32,482 nt of DNA. It comes from Candidatus Rokuibacteriota bacterium. GTDB taxonomy: Bacteria; Methylomirabilota; Methylomirabilia; Rokubacteriales; CSP1-6. Where the stretch lies: assembly GCA_016184305.1 (NCBI GenBank), contig JACPCX010000162.1, forward strand, positions 1-32,482, written 5' to 3'. The position numbers and the translations under genes were made by a program. Below the pieces are notes generated by a model. The model worked only from the letters and a program-made list of their open reading frames with translations. It had not been told where the DNA came from and ran no database searches. Each line of letters begins with the position of its first letter. The first letter of the stretch is position 1. Shown here in pieces: positions 9,505 through 18,334 of the stretch.

Positions 9505-10941
9505 CTAGCGGTCGAGCTCTCCGCCGATCATGTTCACCGAGCCGAAGGTCGGGATGATGTCGGCGATCATCTGCCCCTCGATCATCCGCGACATCGCGGC
9601 CACGGGCGGCAGGCATGGCGGCCGGCAGCGCACCCTGTACGGGCGATCGGAGCCGTCCGAGACGACGTAGAAGCCGAGCTCCCCGTTGGCCCCCTCCACG
9701 GCGAAGTACGCCTCGCCGACAGGCGGGCGGATCCCGTAGCCCTCCATCACGAGCATGAAGTGGTTCATCAGCCCCTCGATGGACCCATAACTGTTCTCCT
9801 TCGGGGGCAGGACGACGCGCTTGTCGGGCGCGTTGACGCGCTTCTGGGCGTCCCGACCCTGGCCCTGGAGGTTCGGCGAGAGCGCGATGGGCACGAAGAG
9901 CAGCCCCTCGGTCTTGCCCAGCTTGCCCCGGTCCACGTAGGCCGCCGGGTCGATGGCCTTCCCTTCCCAGTCCACCTGGATGGAGCCGCCCGGGAGCGCG
10001 CCCAGCGCCTGCTCGACAATCCGCATGGACTGCTCCATCTCGGCCATCCGCACCAGGTAGCGGTCGAAGTTGTCGCCGTTCTTCCCCAGCGGCATCTCGA
10101 ACTGCACCCGGTCGTAGGCCCAGTAGGGCCGCGCCTTGCGCACATCGAAGGGCACGCCCGCGGCACGGAGAAGCGGGCCCGTGATGGCCCAGGCGATGGT
10201 TTCCTCCGCAGACAAGGCTCCCACGCCGACCATCCGGTCCATGAAGATCCGGTTGCCGGTGATGAGGACGTGGACCTCCTCCAGCACCTGGCGCACCTCG
10301 ACGAAGGCCTTCTTCACCTTGTCGTCAAATCCCGCCGGGAGGTCGGCCTTCACCCCGCCCACCCGCCCGTAGGAGATGGTGAGCCGCGCTCCCGTCACGT
10401 CCTCCACCAGCTCCCAGAGGAACTCGCGGGCCTTGATCATGTACAGGAACACCGTGAAGGCGCCCAGCTCCATGGCGCTGGCGCCGACGCAGGTGAGGTG
10501 GTCACAGATCCGGGAGATCTCGCTCATGATCACCCGGATGTACGTGCACCGCTCGGTGATGTCGATGCCGAGGAGCTTCTCCACCGCCGAGCAGTAGCCG
10601 AAGTTGTTGATCAGGGGGGAGACGTAGTTCAGCCGGTCCGTGTACGGCATCGCGTTGTTCCACGGCCCGACCTCGCAGTCCTTCTCGAAGGCGCGGTGGA
10701 GATACCCGATCTCCACGTCGCTCTTGACGACGATCTCGCCGTCCAGCTCGGCCAGAATGCGGATGATGCCGTGCATCGCGGGATGGGCCGGCCCGATGTT
10801 CACCGTGAGGTTCTGAGTGCCGCCGCCTGCCCCCTCGCCGAGAAACAGCTCGCGGGTCGTGCGACCGGCTTCGCCCCTCACCATGGCACGGGCATCCGGG
10901 CTCTCGCCCGCCCGCGCCTCGCGGCTCGCGTCGTTCGTCAT
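9505..10941 (-). CDS. nuoD: NADH-quinone oxidoreductase subunit D
   Basis: NIGPAHPAMHG, GYLHR..EK, DRLNY, GELDR C-terminus; carries an internal insertion. Confidence 0.95.
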   Translation of the reverse strand: MTNDASREARAGESPDARAMVRGEAGRTTRELFLGEGAGGGTQNLTVNIGPAHPAMHGIIRILAELDGEIVVKSDVEIGYLHRAFEKDCEVGPWNNAMPYTDRLNYVSPLINNFGYCSAVEKLLGIDITERCTYIRVIMSEISRICDHLTCVGASAMELGAFTVFLYMIKAREFLWELVEDVTGARLTISYGRVGGVKADLPAGFDDKVKKAFVEVRQVLEEVHVLITGNRIFMDRMVGVGALSAEETIAWAITGPLLRAAGVPFDVRKARPYWAYDRVQFEMPLGKNGDNFDRYLVRMAEMEQSMRIVEQALGALPGGSIQVDWEGKAIDPAAYVDRGKLGKTEGLLFVPIALSPNLQGQGRDAQKRVNAPDKRVVLPPKENSYGSIEGLMNHFMLVMEGYGIRPPVGEAYFAVEGANGELGFYVVSDGSDRPYRVRCRPPCLPPVAAMSRMIEGQMIADIIPTFGSVNMIGGELDR

Positions 10942-11435
10942 ACCTTCGGCCCGATCAGCGGCTGCCGCCGCTCGATGGGGTAGTCCTTCCGGAGCGGGTG
11001 GCCCTCGAACTCCTCGTACATGAGGAGGCGCCGGAGGTCGGGGTGGTTAGCGAACCGGATGCCGAACATGTCCCACACCTCCCGCTCGAACCAGTTGGCG
11101 ATGGGCCAGAGGGAGGTGGCGGTGGGTACCACCGCGTCGTCCTGCTCCACGGGGACCTTCAGCCGCAGCCGGTGGTTGTGCGGGATCGAGTACAGGTGGT
11201 ACACGACGTCGAAGCGCGGGCCGTCCTCCCGGCCGGGGAACTTCAGATAGTCCACGGCGGTCAGGTCCATGAGCACATTGAAGCGGAGATTGGATTCGTC
11301 TCGCGAGAGGGTCAGCGCCTCGATGATGCCCTCGCGCGCGACGATGGCGGTGTGGTCGCCGCGATAGTCGTGCGTGCCGAGCAGCCGGGCGCCAAGACGC
11401 GCCTCGAGCCGCGCGAGCATGGCCTGTCCGTCCAT
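10938..11435 (-). CDS. nuoC: NADH-quinone oxidoreductase subunit C
   Basis: DLTAVDY, RFDVVYHL, WFEREVWDMFGI.F..HPDLRRLL, GHPLRKDYP. Confidence 0.96.
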   Translation of the reverse strand: MDGQAMLARLEARLGARLLGTHDYRGDHTAIVAREGIIEALTLSRDESNLRFNVLMDLTAVDYLKFPGREDGPRFDVVYHLYSIPHNHRLRLKVPVEQDDAVVPTATSLWPIANWFEREVWDMFGIRFANHPDLRRLLMYEEFEGHPLRKDYPIERRQPLIGPKV

Positions 11436-11487
11436 CCGTGTCGAGTCTCTTCTCCGGGCGAGCGTGAAGGAACGCCGCGGCCCGGCG

Positions 11488-11946
11488 CTAGTAGCGCTGG
11501 GCGCCGGTCCCGATCTTCTCCTGGAGCTTCATGAGGCCGTCGATGACGCTCTCCGGCCGCGGTGGGCAGCCGGGGATGTAGACGTCCACCGGGATGATGG
11601 TGTCGATCCCCTGGACGGTCGCGTAGTTGTTGTAGAAGCCCCCGGTGCAGGTGCAGACGCCGAAGGCCACCACCCACTTGGGCTCGCACATCTGGTCGTA
11701 GATCCGCTTCAGCACCGGGGCCATCTTGTGGCTGATGGTCCCTACCACGAACAGCACGTCCGCCTGGCGGGGCGAGAAGCGCGGCAGCCCGGCTCCGAAG
11801 CGGTCCACGTCGTAATGCGAGCACGCGGTGGCCATGTACTCCATCCCGCAGCACGCCGTGACGAAGGGGTACTGGAAAATGGAGTACTTCCGCCCCCAGC
11901 CGATGGCCTCGTCGAGCTTGGACGTGAAGAAGCTGCCTACTCCCAT
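11488..11946 (-). CDS. nuoB: NADH-quinone oxidoreductase subunit B
   Basis: ATG 11946 overlapping the nuoA end; TACCGMEY, SPRQAD, PVDVYIPGCPPRPE. Confidence 0.95.
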   Translation of the reverse strand: MGVGSFFTSKLDEAIGWGRKYSIFQYPFVTACCGMEYMATACSHYDVDRFGAGLPRFSPRQADVLFVVGTISHKMAPVLKRIYDQMCEPKWVVAFGVCTCTGGFYNNYATVQGIDTIIPVDVYIPGCPPRPESVIDGLMKLQEKIGTGAQRY

Positions 11947-12212
11947 TCCAGACCCCTCTTCTTCCAGATGTAGAGGAAGCCGAGCATGAGCACGCCGAGG
12001 AACACCATCATCTCGACGAAGCCAAACCACCCGAGCGTCCGGTAGATGGTCGCCCAGGGCCACACGAAGAGCACCGGATCCTTCCCGCACTCGAAGGGCG
12101 CCTGCTTGGCCGGCGAGGTCCGCTTCGGAGCGATCAGCAGGGGGATCCCCATGAGCGCGCCGGCCACGCCGGCCGCGACCGCGAAGACCATGAGGAGCGA
12201 GACGTACTCCAC
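11937..12212 (-). CDS. nuoA: NADH-quinone oxidoreductase subunit A with an apparent in-frame internal deletion
   Basis: K..PFECG.DP is joined directly to VLFVWPWA; C-terminal YIWKKRGLEWE; 91 aa versus the usual ~120. Confidence 0.9.
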   Translation of the reverse strand: MEYVSLLMVFAVAAGVAGALMGIPLLIAPKRTSPAKQAPFECGKDPVLFVWPWATIYRTLGWFGFVEMMVFLGVLMLGFLYIWKKRGLEWE

Positions 12213-12214
12213 GG

Positions 12215-13108
12215 TCAGAGCCCCTGGACCTGCTGCTTGGCGTGATAGGAGGAGCGGACCAGGGGCCCGGCCTCCACGTGGGCGAAGCCGAGGGCGAGCC
12301 CGATCTCGGCCAACTCCGCGAACTCCCCGGGGGCGTAGTACCGGGCCACCGGCAGATGCCGGGGCGAGGGCCGGAGGTACTGGCCCAGAGTGAGGACGTT
12401 CACGTCGGCCTCGCGCAGGTCGCGCATGGTCGCCACCAGCTCGTCCCGCTCCTCGCCGAGCCCCAGGATGATGCCCGACTTGGTCAGGAGCCCGGGCACG
12501 GCGCGCCGCGCGCGCCGGAACAGCTCCAGGGTGCGCTCGTAGCGGCCGCCGTGGCGCGCGACCTTGTAGAGCCGCGGCACGGTCTCCGTGTTGTGGTTCA
12601 GGACATCGGGCGCTGCGTCGATCACCGTCTGGAGCGCCGCGGCCTTGCCCTGGAAGTCCGGGATCAGGAGCTCCACCCGGCAGCCCGGGGCGTCTTTCCG
12701 GATCGCCCGCACCGTGGCGCCGAAGACGCTTGCGCCACCATCGGCCAGATCATCGCGGTTCACGGAGGTGATGACCACGTACTCGAGTCCCAGCTCGCCA
12801 ACGGCGCGGCCCACGCGCTCCGGCTCTTCGCGATCCTCCCACTGAGGCTTGCCGTGGGCCACCGCGCAGTAGCCGCAGTTCCGCGTGCAGACATCGCCGA
12901 GGATCATGAAGGTCGCGGTGAGGTCCTGCCAGCACTCGCCGATGTTCGGGCAATGCGCCTCCTCGCACACCGAGTGGAGGTTCCACTGGCGCATGAGCCC
13001 CTTGAGGCGGATGTAGCTCGAGCCTCCCGGCGCCCGGACCCGGAGCCAGGGCGGCTTGGGTAAGGCGACGGGCCGGTGGTCATCCAGGAGGGGGAGCGAA
13101 ATTCCCAT
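12215..13108 (-). CDS. lipA: Lipoyl synthase
   Basis: [18 protein letters not shown], radical-[25 protein letters not shown] 13108 (TTG 13111 is an alternative start). Confidence 0.96.
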   Translation of the reverse strand: MGISLPLLDDHRPVALPKPPWLRVRAPGGSSYIRLKGLMRQWNLHSVCEEAHCPNIGECWQDLTATFMILGDVCTRNCGYCAVAHGKPQWEDREEPERVGRAVGELGLEYVVITSVNRDDLADGGASVFGATVRAIRKDAPGCRVELLIPDFQGKAAALQTVIDAAPDVLNHNTETVPRLYKVARHGGRYERTLELFRRARRAVPGLLTKSGIILGLGEERDELVATMRDLREADVNVLTLGQYLRPSPRHLPVARYYAPGEFAELAEIGLALGFAHVEAGPLVRSSYHAKQQVQGL

Positions 13109-13143
13109 CAACGCGTGTCCTTAGTTCCCCGTTGGCCCGAACA

Positions 13144-13172
13144 ATTATGGCACAGCTTTCACAAGCCGCCAA
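13144..13172 (-). promoter_or_regulatory. Putative sigma70 promoter of the lipA-nuo-pdh operon
   Basis: Minus strand TTGGCG-N17-CATAAT with extended TG, about 35 nt upstream of lipA. Confidence 0.6.
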
Positions 13173-13279
13173 GCCGGCGAGGAACGAGGGAACGGCCCCG
13201 CAGCCCGGGTGCCCGCGCCGAGGATGACGCCAGCTCAGACCGCGTGAGGGATCTCGCGCAGTGTGAGCTTGCGGCGGGG

Positions 13280-13349
13280 GCGGGCGCGGCGACAGCCCGG
13301 GTGCCCGCGCGATGGCGCGCGGGCGCGGCGACAGCCCGGGTGCCCGCGC
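13280..13349. repeat. Tandem 31-bp palindromic repeat downstream of tRNA-Leu
   Basis: gcgggcgcggcgacagcccgggtgcccgcgc at 13280-13310 and 13319-13349 (identical); partial copy at 13201-13218; the unit ends are complementary. Confidence 0.88.
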
Positions 13350-13353
13350 TTGG

Positions 13354-13426
<73 letters not shown>

Positions 13427-13481
13427 GCGCGCCTGTCAACGCCGCGGGCCGCCCGCCCCTAGCCCGATGCGGAAGAACCCC

Positions 13482-13671
13482 GCGGGCTGCTCAAAACGGT
13501 CCAGATGCGAGGCGGCGCCCGACGGCCGCACGCGAGGCGTACTCCGCTTGGCGAGCCGAGCCGGAGGCGAGGTGAGCGGACCCGGAGATCCGGGCGAGCG
13601 TGAGCGAGCCACGTTGAGCGTGCGGCCGAGGGCGCCGTACCTCCGCAGATGGGCCTTTTTCAGCAGCCTGC
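13482..13671. mobile_element. MITE-like non-autonomous element (~190 bp)
   Basis: Imperfect 28-bp terminal inverted repeats (22/28; gcgggctgctcaaaacggtccagatgcg versus revcomp gcaggctgctgaaaaaggcccatctgcg) and inner inverted arms at 13514-13533/13618-13636; abuts the CTAG of the oppC stop; no transposase. Confidence 0.72.
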
Positions 13672-14558
13672 TAGCGCCGCGGCCGGGCGAAGCGACCGAC
13701 GGCCTGGCGGAGGCGCGGATCGAGGGCGTCCCGGATCCCCTCACCGAGCAGGTTGTAGGAGAGGACCGTGACGAGGATCGCCAGCCCGGGGTACACGGTC
13801 ATCCACCAGGCGATTTCGATGGAGTCCTTGCCGTCGTTCAGGATATTGCCCCAGGTTGCGTACGGCGGCTGAACGCCGAGGCCGAGAAAGGACAGCCCGG
13901 ACTCGGTGAGGATCGCTGCCGGGATGCCGAGGGTCATGGCGACGAGCACAGGCGCCATGGCGTTGGGCAGGATGTGCCGGAAGATCACCCGCGAGGCGCT
14001 GGCGCCGACGGACTCGGACCAGATGACGAACTCCCGCTCCTTGAGCGTCAGGAACTCGGCGCGGACGAGCCTCGCCACGCCCATCCAGCCCGTGACCCCG
14101 ATCACCGCCATGATGGTCCAGATGGACGGTTGGAGGAACGCCAGCACGGCCAAAAGGAGGAAAAACCGCGGGAACACGAGCATCAGGTCCACCACGCGCA
14201 TGATGACGGCGTCGGCGAGCCCGCCGTGATAGCCCGCCAGGGAGCCCAGGATGATCCCGATCACCGCGGCGATTCCCACAGAGATGAAGCCCACCGCGAG
14301 AGAGATCCGCGCCCCGTAGAGCACGCGCGCGAGGACGTCGCGTCCGAGCTGGTCCGTCCCCAGCCAGTGGCTCGCCGAGGGGCCGGCCAGGATCCGGCGC
14401 GTGTCCGGCTTGTGCGGATCCCACGGCGCCAGGAGCGGGGCCATCACCGCCAGGACGACCAGGATGCCCACCACGATGCCCGCGCACACCGCCAGCCGGT
14501 TGCGCGTGAATGTGCGCCAGAAGACCCGGAACTCGCCTCGCCCCCGGAGCGCCGGCAC
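13671..14558 (-). CDS. Peptide/nickel ABC transporter permease (OppC/DppC family)
   Basis: GTG 14558 with GGAGG RBS; HWLGTDQLGRDVLARVLYGARISL, RHILPN, ESGLSFLGLG, GEGIRDALDPR. Confidence 0.92.
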   Translation of the reverse strand: MPALRGRGEFRVFWRTFTRNRLAVCAGIVVGILVVLAVMAPLLAPWDPHKPDTRRILAGPSASHWLGTDQLGRDVLARVLYGARISLAVGFISVGIAAVIGIILGSLAGYHGGLADAVIMRVVDLMLVFPRFFLLLAVLAFLQPSIWTIMAVIGVTGWMGVARLVRAEFLTLKEREFVIWSESVGASASRVIFRHILPNAMAPVLVAMTLGIPAAILTESGLSFLGLGVQPPYATWGNILNDGKDSIEIAWWMTVYPGLAILVTVLSYNLLGEGIRDALDPRLRQAVGRFARPRR

Positions 14559-14560
14559 CC

Positions 14561-15556
14561 TTATCGCCTCCGCCGGCGCGCGGCCATGCGGATGCGCGGG
14601 TCCACGATGCCATAGGCCAGGTCCGCGCAGAGGTTCGCCACCAGGGTGAGCCCGGCGACGATGACGAGGTTGCCCATGATGACCGGGTAGTCCCGCGAGA
14701 ACACGGCCTGGACCATGAGCTGGCCCATGCCGGGGATGGCGAAGATGGACTCGACGATCACGCTGCCGCCGATGAGCCCCGGCAGCGACAGGCCCAGGAT
14801 CGTCACCACCGGCAGCAGCGCGTTCCGCAGGGCGTGCTTGCCGATGACGATCTGCTCGGGCAGCCCCTTGGCCCGCGCCGTCTGGATGTAGTCCTGGCGC
14901 ACGACCTCCAGCATGCTCTGGCGCATGTAGCGCGAGAACCCGGCGAGCCCGCCGAAGGTGGCCACCGCCACCGGGAGGATCAGGTGGCTGATGAAGTCCC
15001 ACTGCTGCGGCCAGAAGGCCAGGTACTCCCAGTTCAGCGAGCGCAGCCCCGAGATGGGCAGCCAGCCGAGCTGCACCCCGAAGAGGATCATGAGGAGCAG
15101 CGCCAGCCAGAAATCAGGCGTCGCGAAGCCCACGAACACGAAGATGGTCGTGACCTTGTCGAAGAGGGAGTACTGGCGCGTGGCGGAGAGCACGCCGATG
15201 GGGACGGCGACGGCCATGATGAGGAGCATCTCCACCACGTTGAGCAGGAGCGTGATGGGGAGGCGCTCGCCGATCTTGGTGAGCACGGGCCGCCCGTCGG
15301 GCTGGAAGGAGCGGCCGAAGTCGAGCTGCACCACGCGGGTGAGCCACTTCCAGTACTGGACGTGGAAGGGCTTGTCGAGCCCGTACAGCTCGCGGAGCGC
15401 CTGCCGCGCCTGGGCCGTGCTCTGCACGCCCAGGTCGCCCGTCTGCACCTCCACGGGCTCGCCGGGAGCCAGGTGGATCACGAGGAACGACACGAAGGTG
15501 ATGCCGATCAGGAGCGGGATCGCCAGCAGGAACCGGCGGAGGGCGAAGAGGGCCAT
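14561..15556 (-). CDS. Peptide/nickel ABC transporter permease (OppB/DppB family)
   Basis: [42 protein letters not shown]. Confidence 0.93.
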   Translation of the reverse strand: MALFALRRFLLAIPLLIGITFVSFLVIHLAPGEPVEVQTGDLGVQSTAQARQALRELYGLDKPFHVQYWKWLTRVVQLDFGRSFQPDGRPVLTKIGERLPITLLLNVVEMLLIMAVAVPIGVLSATRQYSLFDKVTTIFVFVGFATPDFWLALLLMILFGVQLGWLPISGLRSLNWEYLAFWPQQWDFISHLILPVAVATFGGLAGFSRYMRQSMLEVVRQDYIQTARAKGLPEQIVIGKHALRNALLPVVTILGLSLPGLIGGSVIVESIFAIPGMGQLMVQAVFSRDYPVIMGNLVIVAGLTLVANLCADLAYGIVDPRIRMAARRRRR

Positions 15557-17212
15557 CTAGCCGGACGTGTACCGCTGCAGCTCGCGCGGGACGAACCACT
15601 CGGCGAAGTTGTAGAAGATCCCGGCCGGCGCCGGCTCCACCCCGCGCACGCGCGCGGCCACCACCGGGAGCGCGTCCCGGAAGTAGAGGAAGATCACCGG
15701 CAGGTCCTCGGCCATGACCTCCTGGAGGCGATGGTAATGCCGGACCCGGTCGGGCTGCGCGCAGGAGGAGCGGCCTGCCTCCAGGAGCGCGTCGACTTCG
15801 GGGTTCGCGTAGGAGATGTGGTTCAGCTGGTCGGGGCCGTTCTGCGAGGAGTGCCAGACCACGTACTGGTCCGGGTCCGTGCCGACGCCCCAGCCCATCA
15901 CGATGGCCTCGAAGCGCTTCTTCTTGATGAACTCCTGGAGGAAGGACGACCACTCGAGAATCTGGATCTCGACGCCGACACCGACCTCTTTCAGCCGCTG
16001 CTGGATGATCTCGGCGACCTTCTTCCGCTCCTCGTTCCCCTGGTTGGTGCGGATGGTGAACGTGAAGGGCCGTCCCTCCTTGTCCTCCACGAGGCCGTCT
16101 CCGTCGCGGTCCTTCCACCCAGCCTCAGCCAGGAGCGCCCGGGCCTTCTCCGGGTCGTGCTCGTACCGCTTCACGCGATCCGTGTAGGCCCACGTCCCGG
16201 GCCGCAGCGGCCCCGTGGCGTCCCGCGCCATTCCCAGCACCACGCCGTCGATCAGCTCCTGCTTGTTGATGGCGTGGGCGAACGCCTGGCGCACCCGCCG
16301 GTCCGCGAAGCGCGGGTCCTTGAGGTTGAATCCGAAGTAGGTGTACCCGCTGGAGGGGTAGCGGTACTTGCGGTACGCCTTGCGGAACGCGGGGTACTCC
16401 GTCTGGCGAACATACTGGAGCGCGGTCAACGACGCCAGGTCCACCCCCCTGGCCTTCAGCTCGAGGAAGATCGTCCCCTGGCTGGGGATGATCCGGTACA
16501 CGATGCGTCCGATGTACGGCCGCCCCTCGTAGTAGTCAGGGTTCGCCACGAGCACGATCTTCTCGCCGCTCTTCCACTCCTTGAAGCGGTAGGGCCCGGT
16601 CCCAATGGGCTGGCTGTTCTGCGGGGACTCCTTGAGCTTGCCGTCGGCGACGTACCGCTCCAGGAGGTGCTTGGGCAGCATGCTCGTGCCCCAGCTCTGG
16701 AGCGCCCGGGCGTGCGGGCGGGAGTAGGTGACGCGGAAGGTGTAGGGGTCCAGCACCTCGGCGTCTTTCACCGCCAGGAAGTCGTCCTTGTAGGCGGTCG
16801 GGGTCTTGGGGTGGATCATCGTCCGGTACGTGAACAGCACGTCGGCGGCCGTGAACGGCTGGCCGTCGTGCCACCGGACATTCTGGCGAAGCTTGAACGT
16901 CAGCGTCATGCAGTCCCGGCTGAACGTCCACGACTCGGCCAGCTGGCCGGTCCAGTCGAGGTTGCGGTCGGTGCGGATGAGCCCGTCGTAGACGAGGCCG
17001 CCCACCTCGTGGGAGGCGCTGTCCGACGTGATATTCGGGATCAGGCCGGCAATGTCGCTGATGGAGGACTGGATGAACGTGTCCCCATGGGCGGGCGCCC
17101 CCGCTCCGGCCACTGGCTCGTCCGAGCGACCCTCCACGTCGATCCCGCACCCCGCGAGCGCCAGGCTCGCCAGGAGCAGGAGCCTCACCGCGCGGGGGCT
17201 GGCCCGCCTCAT
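15557..17212 (-). CDS. Peptide ABC transporter substrate-binding lipoprotein (family 5, OppA/AppA-like)
   Basis: Lipobox LAGC; LAESW, FKLRQNVRWHDGQPFTAADV, PIGTGPY, D.RVRQAF..AINK. Confidence 0.93.
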   Translation of the reverse strand: MRRASPRAVRLLLLASLALAGCGIDVEGRSDEPVAGAGAPAHGDTFIQSSISDIAGLIPNITSDSASHEVGGLVYDGLIRTDRNLDWTGQLAESWTFSRDCMTLTFKLRQNVRWHDGQPFTAADVLFTYRTMIHPKTPTAYKDDFLAVKDAEVLDPYTFRVTYSRPHARALQSWGTSMLPKHLLERYVADGKLKESPQNSQPIGTGPYRFKEWKSGEKIVLVANPDYYEGRPYIGRIVYRIIPSQGTIFLELKARGVDLASLTALQYVRQTEYPAFRKAYRKYRYPSSGYTYFGFNLKDPRFADRRVRQAFAHAINKQELIDGVVLGMARDATGPLRPGTWAYTDRVKRYEHDPEKARALLAEAGWKDRDGDGLVEDKEGRPFTFTIRTNQGNEERKKVAEIIQQRLKEVGVGVEIQILEWSSFLQEFIKKKRFEAIVMGWGVGTDPDQYVVWHSSQNGPDQLNHISYANPEVDALLEAGRSSCAQPDRVRHYHRLQEVMAEDLPVIFLYFRDALPVVAARVRGVEPAPAGIFYNFAEWFVPRELQRYTSG

Positions 17213-17216
17213 CCGG

Positions 17217-17534
17217 CTACTTGGGCGCAGGCGCGGGAGCCGGCCCGGGAGTCGTGCTCGCCGCGGGCGCCGCCGGAGGCGCGGCGGGCAGGATCGGAGC
17301 GGGGACCCTGTGCCCCTGGATGGCGAGCCAGAAGGAGGTCAGCGCGAACGCAAGCGCCACCCCGGTCGTGACCTTGCCCAGGAGCGACGGCGTCCCCATG
17401 GACCCGAACACGGCCTGACTGCCGGCGCCGCCGAAGGCCGACCCGATGTCCGCCCCCTTGCCCGCCTGGAGCAGCACCAGCGCGATGATGATCAGACTGA
17501 CGATGACGTGGATGATCACGACCAACGTGAACAC
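17217..17534 (-). CDS. secG: Preprotein translocase subunit SecG
   Basis: GTG 17534 after AAGGAG; LVLLQAGKGADIGSAFGG...LGKVT; follows tpiA as usual. Confidence 0.93.
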   Translation of the reverse strand: MFTLVVIIHVIVSLIIIALVLLQAGKGADIGSAFGGAGSQAVFGSMGTPSLLGKVTTGVALAFALTSFWLAIQGHRVPAPILPAAPPAAPAASTTPGPAPAPAPK

Positions 17535-17541
17535 GCTACGG

Positions 17542-18321
17542 TCACTCCTTTGAGGCGCCGCTCTTGGCGGCGGACTTCTTCGCGATGGTGATGAAGCTCG
17601 CGGCCTGGAGACTGGCGCCCCCGACGAGCGCTCCATCGATCTCCGGCTCCTGGGCGAACAACCCGGCGTTGTCAGGTTTCACGCTGCCGCCGTAGAGGAT
17701 GCGGATGGCCTGGGCGATCTCCTTCGACCCGACCTCAGAGAGAAGCCCGCGCAGGTAGCCGTGCACCTCGGCCGCCTGTGATGGAGTGGCGGTGAGCCCT
17801 GTGCCGATGGCCCACACGGGCTCATAGGCGATGGTGCACCGCACGAGGTCGTCCGCCGGCAGGCCGGCGAGCCCGGCGCGGAGCTGGCCCTCGACCACCG
17901 TGAACGTGAGCCCCTGGCGGCGCTCCTCGGCAGTCTCCCCCACGCACAGGACTGGCTGGAGGCGGTGGCGAAGCGCCGCGGCGACCTTGCGGCTGATCTC
18001 CTCGTCCGTCTCGCGAGAGATGTGGCGGCGCTCCGAGTGGCCGAGGACGACCAGACGGCATCCGAGCTCGGCCAGCATCACGGGGGACACCTCGCCCGTG
18101 AAGGCGCCCGACTCCTCCCAATGGCAGTTCTGCGCCCCCAGCATCAGGGGCGAGCCCGCGAGGACGTCGGCGACGGCGGCCAGCGCGGTGAACGGAGGGC
18201 AGATCGCGATCTCCACGCCGCGCGGCCGCTTGAGGCCGTCACGCACAGCCTGAGCCAGCTCCCGGGCCTCCGCCAGGCGTCCGTGCATCTTCCAGTTGGC
18301 GACGACCATCGGCGTGCGCAT
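17542..18321 (-). CDS. tpiA: Triosephosphate isomerase
   Basis: ANWKM, GHSERR, AYEPVWAIGTG, LYGGSVK, LVGGASL. Confidence 0.97.
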   Translation of the reverse strand: MRTPMVVANWKMHGRLAEARELAQAVRDGLKRPRGVEIAICPPFTALAAVADVLAGSPLMLGAQNCHWEESGAFTGEVSPVMLAELGCRLVVLGHSERRHISRETDEEISRKVAAALRHRLQPVLCVGETAEERRQGLTFTVVEGQLRAGLAGLPADDLVRCTIAYEPVWAIGTGLTATPSQAAEVHGYLRGLLSEVGSKEIAQAIRILYGGSVKPDNAGLFAQEPEIDGALVGGASLQAASFITIAKKSAAKSGASKE

Positions 18322-18334
18322 CAGCCCGTCTGCC

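Noticed and set aside
11436..11490. Read-through of the nuoB TAG into a NuoB-C fusion
   Set aside because: nuoC is in a different frame and the extension shows no similarity
13147..13164. Rex operator in the lipA-nuo promoter
   Set aside because: Only one half-site (TTGTGAA) matches; the other half matches 3 of 7
14510..17371. Very long plus-strand ORFs (953 aa here; also 1064-3169, 3144-5300, 21511-23382)
   Set aside because: Antisense shadows of well-recognised minus-strand genes, expected at high GC; no recognisable motifs
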